This document shows positions 24,213 to 37,984 of a DNA stretch of 64,000 nt, in pieces (position 1 is the stretch's first letter; every line of letters begins with the position of its first letter). Location of the stretch: positions 7,403,808-7,467,807 of the forward strand of contig CM082585.2 in NCBI GenBank assembly GCA_040954595.2, given 5' to 3'. The translations under genes and the position numbers were made by a program. Source of the stretch: Balanoglossus misakiensis (taxonomy: Eukaryota > Animalia > Hemichordata). The notes beneath the pieces were generated by a model. It saw only the letters and a list, made by a program, of their open reading frames with translations. It did no database searches and was not told the origin of the DNA.

Positions 24213-27200
24213 GGTGGCGCGGCGACTAAAACTGTCAAGTTAAAGTAACGCCACACATTAATTAACCCAAAATTGATTTTCGAAAATAAGATTTTTATGA
24301 TAAGGTAATTATGGTTGTTCATCATCAAATCGTCAACAATTAGCAAAGTGCGTATCTATCAAAATAAAGAATTATATATTAGCCAGTACAGACCTCAGAA
24401 TGCAAGTTTGTTCCCAGTCGATACTAGTACGCTTCTGTTGGATTTGACGGTCCAGAGAAACACTCACTGGACGCTTTTATGACAAATGGGGGAAGTTTGG
24501 TCCTTTTATAGATGCTTAGACCTCATAAACATCGTTTGTCTGATCTCGGCAGTCACGTGACCTATGGCGTCATCGGTCAAGTAATCGAAATAAACCAAGT
24601 AGGGCGACACTTCCTTTCTGAACAAGTGTCACCGAAAGAAGCCCATCATTGGAAGCTGGTGGCCACAAACTTGCTTTAAAAACTTGGAGGTGGTAAAAAC
24701 GCGACTCAATTTTTTAGTAAAGCATCGAGGGGTGAGGAGAACAATTTTCAAATAGTTCAGATCATTTTCTCGAAAACCATTTATGAAATGACGTTATTTC
24801 AGTTTTCCCATGTCTTCTGCTTTTGTTTGCGTTTTTCAAAGTTTCGGTTCTCATTTTACACCGGACGACGACGTGACTCCTCCGTCACGAAGTTCAGTGG
24901 TCGTTGCGCACCATACAAATTATTCGAGGGGGTCACGTGAAATGTCAGGTTTTTTAAAGACTCCATCAGGTGATTATTCGTTGCGGTCAAAACTTTGACT
25001 AAATCGGGAATTACTGTTCTGTAGTAAAACGGGAAGTGTTGCCGATTGATCGCCCTCTCTTGACTTACACTGGAGCCGGTGATCACGAAGAGCGCTGCCA
25101 GCGACGAGACTTTCGGACAGCCGTGGTTTCGGAGACACCGTAATCTAAGGATTACGAACAACAGAAGGCAAAGGAATGTAATCCCCTTGACTCGATAATA
25201 CGGCAAACATTCCACGTTTAAACTGAGAATGTAGCTGAAGGCTCCCGGTATAGACGCAACCACAAGAAATTTCAGCGTCGGACTAATAGCCAATTTGAAC
25301 GAAGACAAGACATTCTCAGATTCTGGACTAAGACGCTGGGCGATGTTCGTTTACATGTACACATTTACGAAATACGAGCTCAGCAATTTTTTAAAACACA
25401 CACAAGAAAATCGATATAGTGGCCATCATATCGCATGTCACTCATTAAAATGCTTCCTCGTATGTTACCACCAGAAAACGAACCAGTAATTGAAAACTAG
25501 CCCTAGAAGTAAATTGCTGCTAAATTATGCGAGCATCGTTCAATACAATGACAAAAATAAACTTGGGATGATTGACAAGTACAGGTAGTGTAAGGTCATC
25601 TCGCTAGGGGTTGTTTCATGTCATGGCGATAATATGTGATAACCATTTGGAAAGTCAAAACCCTGGAAATGCGTACAGAAGCCGCCAGCGAACGCGGAAC
25701 GTGATATGCGGCGAGCAGTGATAGGCGAAACAACGTGGTATGTGAACCCCGGCTTTTATACAACTCCGCTGACATGACTCGAACAGCTGTCTGTCGGAAA
25801 TATCATCACGGTCACTCGGCATCCCGAAGCCTGGGGAACGCTGTCCGTGTTTATCAAGGCAGACTCGCTCGGTTGCAAGCAAGTCCGAAGACGAGTTGAT
25901 CTTTTTTTTTTGCAAAACGGCCACTAGTTTAATCTGATTCACACTGCGACTACATCAAGTTTTTATATGATGCATCTTGGCAAGGGGCCCTTCAATAGGT
26001 CCGAACTGTGGAATATCGTACAAAAAAATATGCGAACAACGCGACTAGTTGCTACCATGACAACCAGTATTACGCATTTGCTTGCTGCAGATGGCTCGCC
26101 GACGCTGATTGGTGGGCTTGGCGTTGTGTGCCATGCGGCCTGGCAGGGATTCCAGACACGCCCACCACGCAGCAGTGACTTCTTCTTGCGACCCTGCAGT
26201 GACGCGCTCGTCAAAACGCCGATACGCGATATCCTTTCGCCCGATTTACGTGCGCATATCTATATCTTGTCAGAGTGTGTCTGTAGTCAGTAGCTCACGC
26301 GCAATACTAGAATAGCTTGTGATGTTTTGTGATGCGTTTTTTTGGTCACTCCACGTATAGTGCGCGTACCGTCTAGACTCCACCGTAACCTTGTACAGCG
26401 GATTTACATACAAGAAGCTCAAGTGAAGAAGACGACAAATACGAGGCCTGTTGGCCGCCAGGTTCCTCGATATTCATCCATCGAACAAGTCTGTTGAACC
26501 CTTCCTGTGAAAGAAGCTCCGAACTGACTGTCCTGAACCGTCAACAAATTTTGCCAACTGGACAAGGTTAGTGTGTCTTCCAGATCCGTCTGTGAAGTCT
26601 TATTATTTTGCATTGCACCGTTTTCCACACCCACCCACTTGAATACCCAGCTTTCAATGAAGTTCCACGGTCACTCCACTGTGAAAGTGCAAATCGAATG
26701 AGACTAACAAAGCTACCTTTTTTAACACCGACAATTGCCCTCGACCCCCAAAGAGTTCACACGAGGCCAAGAGTTTTATTAGCGTGTGACGTCTTATTGT
26801 GCTTTAAACCGCCCGTAGAATGTTGGTAGAAAAAAACAAGGACAACACACAGGCAAAAATACCTGCATCGCTGCTGTAGTGAGAGAGAGAGAGGAGGGGG
26901 GGGGGAGACTTGAAGCCCTCAAAATGTGGACTGAGTCTGACAGAAGAACATACTGGTATTTTCCTAATGGGATTTACGAAGCTCCAAATTTAGGTTAATG
27001 GCGTGTTATTTTGAACCACTCCAAAATAACACCGACTGAAATATTTGTCCTGAATGGGTGCATCGTTTTTTAATACCCCCGAAACGATATTGCATTTCCA
27101 CTTAAAATGACGTAAATGGGTGTGAAGAGACTAACCCTTTTACGTCAGGTCATTATTTACGTGGCCGACAGCAAGAAATAAGGACGTTCACAGTTTGTGA

Positions 27201-27484
27201 ACTTTGGTTGTGGTGTATTGTGTCTGAGGTTAGACCACAATGAGCGCATGTTTCAAATTTGTTAGGGAAAGGGAACGTCTTAATCAGTGGAACCGCGTAG
27301 GCGCAGAGATAAGACAGTCTTACGTAGGCGGAAAGGGCTTGATCGGGAAACACTCCTTGGTGGAATCGATCTCACGGAATCCCGCAGTTCTATAGTTGTC
27401 GATAATTATTACTTAACATGTAGTATTGTAAAGTCGTTTTTCTCAAAGATTGATGCGAAGGAATTCATTGTGTAATATAGGTGG

Positions 27485-27550
27485 TCCGTCCGTCCGCCCA
27501 TCCATCCATCCATGATCAGTCAATTTATCTATCTATCTAGCTGTCGGTCT
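27485..27550. repeat. Compound tetranucleotide microsatellite (TCCG/TCCA/TCTA)
   Basis: Visible directly. A loosely complementary GGAT/GGAC-rich tract follows at ~27614-27730. Confidence 0.7.
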
Positions 27551-30500
27551 GACTGTAGACAGACATGCGGACGAACCATAGACCCCAGAGAAACATTGTT
27601 TCTCTAGGGTCTATGGACGAACGGACGGTCGGATGCTAGGCTGTGTGGGTTTGTGGTTGAATGGGCGGTTCGCGGAGATTTGGGTGGGTAGGTTGGTGTA
27701 TGGATGGATTAGGACGTTAGATAGATGGATGCTTAATATAGTACATGTATATGGATAACATACCTTAAGGAATTTCTGATGTCGAAACCACTCACACAGA
27801 AATGTGTTATAGTTACCGTTTATAAACACACAGGCGTTTAGTCTTCGGAATGTTGATAAAACTGTACATCTGGTCTGTGGGATTTGATAGTGTACCAAAA
27901 ACACGCCGTAGTCATTCAAAACAGCATTCCGACCGCCGGCACAGTGGAATACATTTGTAAATGTGTTATTTTTACTGAGATATAATGTTTTCTTGGTCAC
28001 GCGATCAAGTATAGGCCAGTGGTAAAGTTTAAACGCTGAACTCAATACGTGTTAGTGATATTTTTGGCTGATAGAACCGTTAACAGTTTAAGGTAGTGAG
28101 TGCGGTCAAATGTTCCAGTCCGTTTGCTGTCTGTCGAGTCGAGTACAGCTGTTTAAATTGAATTAGACGCGAATCGTTTGATAATTTGTATTAAACGAGT
28201 TTAACTTCCCAGCGAGCGCCTGTCGAAGTCCCGTGGGAACGTTTCAGCCGCGGTAGATGGCTACCGAATTCCTGGTGCCATCGCGAACAACTCAACGCAA
28301 GGCAACTGCACGAATCGTGCATGGATCACAGCCAATTTTTTGAATGCCAGTTATGTAAATCGTTCATTTCGGAATGCTCTGCAACTTCTCTGATACTCTG
28401 TACGCGATTTTAACCGCAAGGCACTGACGAGGTATCATGCGACTGGTTGCAGTCGACCGATGAATGACCCGGCGACGATCCAAGACCATCTACCAACTTT
28501 CACGATTTTTGTCCATTTTTGTTTGTTTCTATTCCCCCTTTGACAGAAGATCTCTGGATTTTTATTGTTGTTTTACTGTTTATTTTATGGGTTTATTTTG
28601 TTGTTTCATGCTAGCAAAGTTTGGCCCTTGTTGCATTATTAAATACCGCGACAGAATGTTTTTCTCAATCATGTGTTATTCGATATTCAACTTTTTGTGA
28701 TTTGCTCTTAAAACGTTGTTGATTGATAACTCCATCGCTTTTTTTTGACTGGGCTTCCGGAAGGGAAGGCCTACCGACTTTATCCAAACTGCTCATCCTG
28801 CCTGTGTTGCCGTCTCCAGTGTCCATGTCACTTTCGATGTTGTTTGAAATCTGATCAACTTGGTATCTTGCAAATCATGCGCCATGTACGTGTTTAATAA
28901 GTACTGCGTCGAAAGGCGATCGATCGCCCCAGATTTTTGAGATTGCCGTTTTACTCATCGTTATTTTGATTGCGTATTCCAGAACGAAATAAGGCTGATG
29001 TCAGCATGATTTATCGCGATACAATTTTTTTTTTTTTTTCAAGGGGCCCACCACAGACAATTTGAATGTCGTATAAGTTTGTGCTTTAATCGTTGTGCCT
29101 CCAGTTCCAATGTGTGTACTACTGTTCGTCGACTGATTCCTACTGGTTAACACGTCCGAACACTTCTGGTAGACTTAGTACAAAACAACATAAAACGGTT
29201 TTAACCTAAGTGAAACGCGATAGGGCCATTACGTCCATATCAAGAGGACGTTTATCAAAAGCAATTGACTCTGTTAAAACGATTACATGTAGTTTTGACA
29301 GAAGTCTCGTTATTCATCGACGTCAACGGAAAGCTGCCTGCTAGCCGCGACCTTTGACGTCTACTGATTTCTCCGAGCCAAACAGTGGCATTCGCAGAAT
29401 TCAAGGCTACGTATTCTGCACTGAAGCAAAATGCGGCACTTCGTGATGTGAATGGACTTGAAGTTTATGCACTTTATGCTGAGGGACCGTGCTTGTACTT
29501 GAAGTCTGCATTGTGACCATGTATAGCGGGCAAGATGGCGACAAATACTTCCGGTTCCGGTCTATTAAAAGGAGTGGGATTTGCAGATTGGCGTCTAGAG
29601 ATTGCCAGACCGACTTGTTCAAACAGCGTGTTTTATACCGCCTTGCAAGAAGTGAAATGATTTCGTGGCATATTTGTGAGGCGTTTCAACGGCCTGCAAA
29701 ATAGATTGTCAGCCGACTGTGTCGATTCGTCGCGTACGCTGACACGGATTTTTTGAATTCCCGTCATGCAGCTGTTGTCGGCACGACGCTGAGGGTATGT
29801 GGCAGAGCTTGGCTGGTCAATCATTTTGTAGCAGTCTATACTTGTCCCAACACCAGCGCATGAAATTAACACTGTCGTCAAGGTGACAGGCTCGGCACGC
29901 TTGACGTCATCGGAGAGAGTCAAACTACAGAGGAGCATGTGGCGCACATGCTTATCACGATTATATCGGTCACTGGTGGAAATATTTGAGATTTGGAAGG
30001 GCACGTGTGTCAGACGACAGCAAACCCAACACCAGTATAGTCTTTCGCCCGCGAGGCGGCAAAGTTCCCAAAATAGAACTTTTACTAAATCTGTGACGGA
30101 TTAAAGTTATTTTTGTCCCACTGGTTACTGATATAAGCTTTTATTTAATACGGCAAGTGTGCAAAGAGCATGACCTAACATTACCTGCTCTACATATTTT
30201 AAGTTGCGTGACAGATGGCGGATTGGTTGTGGGGGAGATTTATTGTCATCGTGTGCCATCTGCGAATATTTTCATCCTAAATCTAAACCAAATTGCTTCA
30301 ATCCTAGGTAAATCAACTTTCAGGACTGGTCCCTTCAGTGTTTTTGATTTGTATAAATTGTTTTACGAGGGTTAATAAAAGTAATTTATATCGTATTCCA
30401 GGTTTGCATTGCGCAACTCTTACACCACCTGTCTGTTGGCAAAGTTTCTCAAGGCATTAGTGTTCTGATTTCTGTGCATCCGTGCAAAATGTCACATTTT

Positions 30501-30629
30501 ATAGGAGTAATAATAATTGGCTAAGTCGCTTGCACACAATCTACTGTAGTTAATCAATTGGCAGTTGTTTTGTGTCGATGTTTTTCTAATCACAGTCTTT
30601 TAAATTCCTATTCCAGGTCATGACCTAAA

Positions 30630-32960
30630 ATGGCGGCGTACAATACGGTCAAGACTGAAGATATAGATCAACATTTTCTGCAGTGCGCCTTCTGTCTTGA
30701 GAGACTTCGGAAGCCGAAAATTTTGAATTGTCTGCACACCTTCTGCAAGGACTGCCTGGAACAGTGGGTGAAGAAGAATTATGGGAAGCTGATATGTCCG
30801 GTGTGCCGGAATGAGTACCCACTTCCGGAAGAGGGAATCCCGGGACTTCCGGATAACTTCTTCATTAACAACATGATAGATTTCTTAGAAGACAGGAAGA
30901 ACGGGAAGGCTGTCAGCTCTATACCGTGTCACGGGTGTGAGCAGGGAGCCACCACCTACTGCGCTGACTGCACCGAATTTCTGTGCCCCGACTGCTCGCA
31001 CGTGCACCGCAGGTTAAAGGTCACGCGGATGCATCGTCAACTGTCGATGGAGGAGTACCAGTCCACGCACGATGGAGCGTTGTCCACCCCTCGCCCTGTC
31101 TCTTGCCCGAGCCACGAAGGCAGCGAGATTGAATACTACTGCGAAACCTGCGACGTTCCCATCTGCCTCAAGTGCACGGTGGTGGAGCACAGGATCCCCG
31201 AGCACAAGCACCAGTACTGCAGCGAAGCGGCCGACAAGCAGCGGCCGATATTGGAGAAGCTGCTCCACAGGGCGCAGGAGAAGATCCCGGTCTTCGAGAA
31301 CTCCCTGGACAACGTCAAGTTCGTCCTGCAGCAGCTTGATGGCGAGAATGAGGCGGCCGTGGAGAGGATCCGAGAGCAGAAACGCAGTCTGCTGGTCGCC
31401 ATCGATCAGAAGGAGAGAACCGTCCTGCAGGACCTGGCGGACACGTACAAGGGCAAGAGGAAAATTCTAGAAGCCCAGCAAGACGGCCTGATGTTGGCGC
31501 TCGGCAACCTCAACAGCGGATGCGACTTCACTGAAAACTTACTGAAGCATGAAAACGAAGTGGCCATGTTGGCGGTGAAGAAGCAGACGTCCCAGAAAAT
31601 TCAGGACTTGTTGAAGATGTCCCAGGAGCTGAACACCCGGCCCGAAGAGAACGCCTGCCTGCAGTTCGTGCCTAACGACAAGTTGCTGCAGAGTGTTCGG
31701 CAGGAGCCGATCGGCGCTCTCATCAGAGGCAATGCGGTGGCTGCAAACTCGACCCTTAATGCTGACAGGCAGCAGTTCGCCACAGTTGGTGCAGAACACA
31801 CCCTGGTTCTGACCACACGGGACCGAAACGACAGGGAGGTGATGCAAGGCGGTGCCATGGTGACAGCAAAGGTCAGGTCTCCCAGCGGAGCAGTTGCTAT
31901 GGTGAAAGTCACAGACAACAAGAACGGCACCTATGACATCACGTTCCGTCCAAACACGGAGGGAAGGTACAAGCTGTACGTGTCCGTCTTTGGCCAACAG
32001 GTCAATGGTAGCCCCCTCACCATCGATGTAAACCCGTCGAGGAAGCTGAGTCTGGTGATCGGCAAGAGAGGAGAAGCTAGCGGTCTTTTGAAGGAACCCT
32101 GGGGAGTTGCGGTCTCTCCAAATACCTCCGACGTGGTCGTTGCAGATTCTGGCAACCACCGGGTCCAGGTGTTCCACAAGGCCGGGCCCTTCAAAAGAGA
32201 GTTCACCTTCCATGGCTTTGAGAAGAAGTTCGACCCCCTCGACGTAGCAGTGACCCACGATGACCAGATCGTCATATCCGACTACGCCAACAAGCAGATA
32301 GTCGTCTGTGACATCGGTGGTCGCCTGATCCGCGCCTTCGGCAGTGACATGATGAAGTGGCCGTGGGGTGTCGCAGTCAACAGCTATGGCGATATCCACG
32401 TGGTTGATTATGAAGACCACTGCCTGCGCATCTTCGACTCGGACGGAGTTCACATCAAGACCATCGGTAGCAAAGGCAGCGCCCCGGGTCAGTTCCGCAA
32501 CCCCCTGTGCGTCGCCATCAACAGCAAGAACAACATCCTGGTCACCGACAGGGAGAACTCCCGCATCCAGATCTTTGATGAGGAAGGCAACCTGCTGTAC
32601 ATATTCAAGGCCCCCGGGGAGGAGGAGGGCCAGTTCAAGTATCCCACCGGCATCGCCGTCGATGCCCACGACAACATCATCGTCTGCGACGACTGGAACA
32701 ACCGAGTGCAGATGTTCCGCGCCGACGGCACCTTCGTCCGGCGCATCGACAGCGACGCGGACGGCCTGAGGTACCCGGATGGTGTGGCGGTCACGCCAGA
32801 CGAGAGGGTGGTGGTGTGCGACTACGGCAACGACTGCCTGAAAGTCTTCGACTGCAAGTGCTTCTCGCAGCCCCGCGCCCAGGTCTTCCTCGTCCTGAAC
32901 GAGGCTGGCACAACAAGGAAAGTCGTCACGTCTTCGGTGCCGAATATATTCGTGGCCTGA
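30630..32960 (+). CDS. TRIM-NHL E3 ligase (RING, B-box1, B-box2, coiled coil, filamin, NHL repeats); TRIM71/TRIM2/3-like, single coding exon, 776 aa
   Basis: RING CAFC..CLHTFCKDC..CPVC. B-boxes CHGC..YCADCTEFLCPDCSHVH and CPSH..YYCETCDVPICLKC..H. Filamin VTDNKNGTYDITFRPNTEGRYKLYVSVFGQQVNGSP. NHL repeats such as FRNPLCVAINSKNNILVTDRENSRIQIFD. Acceptor ttccag at 30616 implies upstream non-coding exon(s). Confidence 0.95.
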   Translation: MAAYNTVKTEDIDQHFLQCAFCLERLRKPKILNCLHTFCKDCLEQWVKKNYGKLICPVCRNEYPLPEEGIPGLPDNFFINNMIDFLEDRKNGKAVSSIPCHGCEQGATTYCADCTEFLCPDCSHVHRRLKVTRMHRQLSMEEYQSTHDGALSTPRPVSCPSHEGSEIEYYCETCDVPICLKCTVVEHRIPEHKHQYCSEAADKQRPILEKLLHRAQEKIPVFENSLDNVKFVLQQLDGENEAAVERIREQKRSLLVAIDQKERTVLQDLADTYKGKRKILEAQQDGLMLALGNLNSGCDFTENLLKHENEVAMLAVKKQTSQKIQDLLKMSQELNTRPEENACLQFVPNDKLLQSVRQEPIGALIRGNAVAANSTLNADRQQFATVGAEHTLVLTTRDRNDREVMQGGAMVTAKVRSPSGAVAMVKVTDNKNGTYDITFRPNTEGRYKLYVSVFGQQVNGSPLTIDVNPSRKLSLVIGKRGEASGLLKEPWGVAVSPNTSDVVVADSGNHRVQVFHKAGPFKREFTFHGFEKKFDPLDVAVTHDDQIVISDYANKQIVVCDIGGRLIRAFGSDMMKWPWGVAVNSYGDIHVVDYEDHCLRIFDSDGVHIKTIGSKGSAPGQFRNPLCVAINSKNNILVTDRENSRIQIFDEEGNLLYIFKAPGEEEGQFKYPTGIAVDAHDNIIVCDDWNNRVQMFRADGTFVRRIDSDADGLRYPDGVAVTPDERVVVCDYGNDCLKVFDCKCFSQPRAQVFLVLNEAGTTRKVVTSSVPNIFVA

Positions 32961-35552
32961 ATCTGTTGACGACAGACCCGGAGAGGTGAATGACATTGAA
33001 TGACAATTCAAAGGAAACTGTGCAAAAACAGTTGACAAAACTGCAGGACTGCGACCGTTGCAGCAGCAGTATAAACACTGGAAGAAACAGCCGATTTATC
33101 ACTCACATGATAAGAGAAGTATTACACTTCTTGTCGAAGACAGTCGTTCAAATCAAAGATACACCAACGTGACTTCGTATCTACTCATGTCCAGAGGAAG
33201 GACACCTCGGACACCACGTGACTAGTTCCTGACAGTTTATGACGTCACAATTGATCCTAACGATGTAATATAATGACTGGGATGACGACGATTCGCTGAA
33301 AATCGCTCGTTTCAAATCTCAAACTAACACACCATTTCTGGTTCAAGAACGCGATGAAGAAAAACTGCGAATATATAGTCCAGCCTTTCAAACCCCTTAT
33401 AGAAAGCACCTCACTATTACCGTCAGCAAATCTCTTTAATGTATTAATCGAGTAACTACAGACCTTGCAATTTCACAAATGCTTTAATGTACAGAAACAC
33501 TAGCCTCATAAAAGAACCTTCGGTCTGAACACACACACGGAATCCAGGGTAGACCGCATCCAGTCTCAGTCTCGTGTCGTGAACATTAGCGTTTGTTCAT
33601 AGGCAATGAAATGGTGCATAGCATCTTATAAATCGTGCTAGTGGCTTGTTGTGAATGTACTGGAAGAAAAAAAAGGCTGGCTTTGAATGCAAGATCTTTA
33701 TAATTTTAAGGGGTGTTCATCTTAACCATCGCATACTAAACTTGTTGAATGCACACACCTTGCCAAAGAGTGAGTGTAGACATTCAATCCATATATTTAA
33801 TTTCTGTGTTTGTTGTGTATGTAGAATGTTACAAAATGCCCCAAAGCCGTTTTTTGCTTGTTATAAACTACAACCTCCTTATTTACCACATTTGTGAAGA
33901 TGTAATTATGTATATATCAATATGAATGAGGGCACAGCTTGAATTTACAAATGGCTCGACTTTTAACTGATAACCCTCGCTCCATTCCAGACCTTTTGAC
34001 CTTTCTGGTCAGTTTCAAGTCCCGGGGCATGTTGCTGGGATTGTAAATTGTAAATTGCTTCCATATCTTCCATATCATTTCATAGCGTGTCATCAAATGT
34101 ACACGAGAATGTCACTAGCTCGTATGTCGTCAAGGCGTACAAGGGAATGTTACTAGAACTCGTGTCTTGGCCACCAACCAAGATGACTTGAGGCCGGATA
34201 AATTCCAACATGAGAGATCTACATGTCACTCTGACGGACAAACGTTATACTGTCAAATGTTGGCATGTGTACACGAAACTCCCAATATATAACTGCCGCT
34301 TTTTTGCATATTATTTTCATCTTGTCCAGATTATGTTAGTGTATTAAAGTGTAAATCTGATGTAAATTATTTGGAGTGGTTCAGATGTCGGGATCGGCAA
34401 ACGGCGAAATGTGAATTATTGTGTGCAGTTGAAGGAGTTGAAGGCCAAGGAAATATCAATGTGTCTCCCCTTCAACGTGTGTGATGTATTAACTTGATTT
34501 AAAATGCTAATATAGCTTAAATTTACTTGTCATGGAATGTTGTATGAATAAAAATAGCTATACACATGTACATCCTGCGTGGAAGCGTCCTTGTGCGAAT
34601 TGTGCAGTTCGTCAATTCATCGTGATGATGTTGGTTTGTAGCTTCCCTGCTTGATACATTGTTGCGAACAATATTGTCGTGAAATGTGGGCTTTCGGTCG
34701 TAGGCGGCGCTCTCGCGCACAGGTGTTCTGTGCTTAGTATTCATGATATTGAAATGCCCTGCATATCATTACACTTCCCCCAACATGGCAGATGGACCCG
34801 GACCGCCAGCAGAGACGCGCTGGGCCTCACGACCTGTCGGACGTGCTGATTCTTCCATGCCAACGTGAAGCAATAAGGTCAGTCACCATTTCTTGTAACA
34901 GAGGGGCAAATAGAGAGCGCCCCGAGTAGCAAACCTTCCAGTCTACAGACTTACAAACCTCACAGGGGGGGGGGGGGTGGGACAGTCACACTCTTCAGTG
35001 ATTTGCATGGGTGAGCACGTTTTTGTGTACAAAATTGCCATTGAGGGCGCCTTTTACCAGAGCTCCAAACATCGTATACGAGTACTAGCTAGTCCTGTCA
35101 AGTTATTTCATCATCAGCAACAAAGGCTGTTTATTGACATGCTGGAGATATTGATTTCTTTGCATGATTTATCTGTTCAAAGGCTCATTGGAGGAGCTAA
35201 TATGATAGTTTGTTTGATTTTTGTTCACACACACAATCATGACAATTAGGCATTTACAATAGTCACGTTTTTGTTGCAAATAGAATAACATGAAAATTCA
35301 TGGCTTGACAAAAATAAAGAGTCTTGCTGGCAGGTATCTGACATGATTTCTTTTATTTGAAGCTGCATATAAATTGCTATCAAGTGTACATTGCAAAAAG
35401 GCACCACACTAGTCCATATTCAAAGTTGAGTCTAGTCTACTGAGTCTTGTGTCACGTATGTCTTGATGCAAATAATCGACCAGACTACCAATGCCTATGC
35501 TATGGCCAAACTTTGCGCAACAATTCCTTGATTATGACCACTCACAGGCAAA

Positions 35553-37266
35553 TCACCATGGAATAAGTAACCCTTTAAAATCGTAGAAAAAGCCATGATG
35601 TTCATTTGTTCTGGTTGCCATGACATCCATTAAACCTTTGACAGCCACTGCTGTAGAAGTGATAGCATTGGGCCCTCCCATCTCTGTCTGTACCCAACCT
35701 GGGTGTAGGAGTACAACCAGTATCTTGTCGGGTGCAAGTTCAATGCTCAGATTCTTGCTCACCATATTCAAAGCAATCTGTAAATGATAGAGAAGAATGA
35801 AATTGGTGTCATATCAATATCTCAATAAGACAATTCATTGTTAAAAGCTAGCAAACAAAGGCTGCATGCCAGCAGAAACTATTGCGTACTTAATCTAGTC
35901 TATTGTCTCGTATTGATACATTGATGACTGGGTATGACTTGCAACAGACGTGAATATTAATTAGCATGAATATTAACGAGTAGGTGGATTTGGTATAGTG
36001 GTCTTGTGTGGGGACTTGCTTGCCAGTGAATTGACGTGGCAGATCTGGATTCAAATCCTGCAAAATAAATATGTCGATTTACTGCACTTACCTTCGAACA
36101 CCTGTAACTATACATTCTGCCACTGCCGTTGTCGTCTATGGACGCCACTTTGGTGGACATGTTCACGATCGCAGCTCGCGATACGCTCATTTCATCTCCA
36201 CCAAAAGACTTCGCAGCCTTCCTGATAAGTGGCAAAAATCTCTGAAGAAGTAAACGAAGAAAAAGATATGAAATATTGCCAGTCTTGGCATAAAACAACT
36301 GAACACACGGTTACTGTGAAACAAGTTGACTCAGAGTGACTACATTCCATTACTGATAAGGTTGACATATAAATTGAAAAAAAATGCAGTATCCTGTCTG
36401 TTACCTTGGTTACCATTAATGGACCAATGGCGTTCACCCGGTAACCTTTGAGCATGGATTCTGGAGTGGCACCTTCAATTTTCAAGTCTTCTGTTTGTAG
36501 AAGAGCAGCATTATTTATCAGCAGGTTGAGTCCGCTCTCGCCCAGGACGTGTTCGACTCGGACAGCCGCACTCTCGATGGTAGAGTTATCTGCAATATCT
36601 GAAAAAAAAGAGATATTTCAATGATGACGAAACAACCCAAAGTTGTATATATTGCAACACAACACAACCGGTTACATTGGGTAGTGTTTTTTTTTCATCA
36701 AACTTACCTATTTTCAGGACTTCTACAGATGGATTGTCTTTACTTAACTGTTGCAGTTCCTGAAACACAAGTAAAAGACACATTTTTAATTTGAATCGTT
36801 GACTGAGCAATCACCGTGAACGTACGAGGATGAGTACAACTCAGCCGCCCCCCCCCCCCCCCCCCGATCACGCCACCACAGGCCGACCTGCAACATAGAC
36901 CGGTTCTCAGGGCAAGACGTGACTCAGCGGAAATCATGGACACTCGAATCTACCCCTGGCTGCAATGATTTTTGCCCGGGGGCGTGGGGTCCGGCCGGGC
37001 AAGGTTGAATGATCTGATCGATCCTGACCTTACCCGTAACCATGGTAACTGTCCCAGAACCCTACGACTACACTTAACAGTACACTGACAACTTTATAAT
37101 ATATGTATGTACATGTACTCACGTCAGCCTTTTCCGGTGCACGACAAGTAGCAAAGACGTGCACTGGCGGGGTGGGAAGCTTTAAGAATTGTCTGACCAA
37201 CTCAAGACCTATTCCCCTGCTGCATCCGGTTATCAGAACCGATTTCACTGTCATATTTGTCGCCAT
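35553..37266 (-). CDS. Short-chain dehydrogenase/reductase, C-factor (CsgA)/sniffer-like carbonyl reductase
   Basis: Five exons (approx. 37266-37123, 36759-36708, 36598-36405, 36242-36093, 35777-35553). Rossmann motif VLITGCSRGIG, LLINNAA, catalytic YRCSK, LHPGWVQTEMGG, and C-terminal FYDFKGLLIPW typical of this subfamily. Confidence 0.92.
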
Positions 37267-37984
37267 GTCGATATCCGATCCGCAGCGCCTGCACAGATGT
37301 AAGGTCACTGACACAAGGATATCATTATCAGCGCACTATTCCGCGAAATGATCAAAAGACAGACATTTACGAATCGAAGAGTATATAATAGAGTTGCTTC
37401 GACAAAGCTAATAATAATTGATTGGTTTCGTATTCTGGCAAACACGGAGATAAAATGGAAACTTATGTAAATAAATACGAATATGAGGATATCTTCGACA
37501 AAGACGTTTTCACTGGCTTCGTTTCAAGGTCACTCAAAAAGCCGGTACTGAGCAAAAGTACATGTTCATATATGTTTTCTGAAAGTATAGACACAGGGAA
37601 ACCCAATCGTTTGGTCGTGCATGTGGCATTATTATCCAGGACTTTTGAAAAATCATTTTGATGCACTACTTGGTAAACATTGTGCAATGACAAGTCTTGG
37701 TAACCGGTGTCTCAACTTTTCTTACAAGTTGCACTGTTGAAGGCGTTAGATTAGGGTACGGTTTTGATTTTTTTTTAAGGTCAGAGCTAGCTTCATACTT
37801 GGAAGCAAGGTCTGAGGAAAATCGCAGACACGGTTTGTAGCATAGTATAACAATTTGGCCTAATGAACCCGGAAAAAAATACATCGAAAGAAACTGAGGT
37901 CGAGTCCGCGACTATGCCTTCGGCATCACATCACGTTCGTAACTATGCGAGATTTTGCGTGATTTCACTGGAGGTCTCTTCAAA
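37267..37984. promoter_or_regulatory. Short head-to-head intergenic region between the SDR and USP genes; candidate bidirectional promoter
   Basis: Divergent start codons are ~720 bp apart. The USP start lies inside a YY1-like CAAAATGGCGG motif (37981-37991). Confidence 0.45.

Noticed and set aside
24856-28700. ORFs and exon-like segments between BRICHOS B and the TRIM gene (e.g. minus-strand donor near 25068, plus-strand 26399-26566)
   Set aside because: No protein homology recognised. They could be 5' UTR exons of the flanking genes but cannot be assigned.
31539-33038. 499-aa antisense ORF over the TRIM-NHL gene
   Set aside because: Shadow ORF explained by the high GC3 codon bias of the sense gene.
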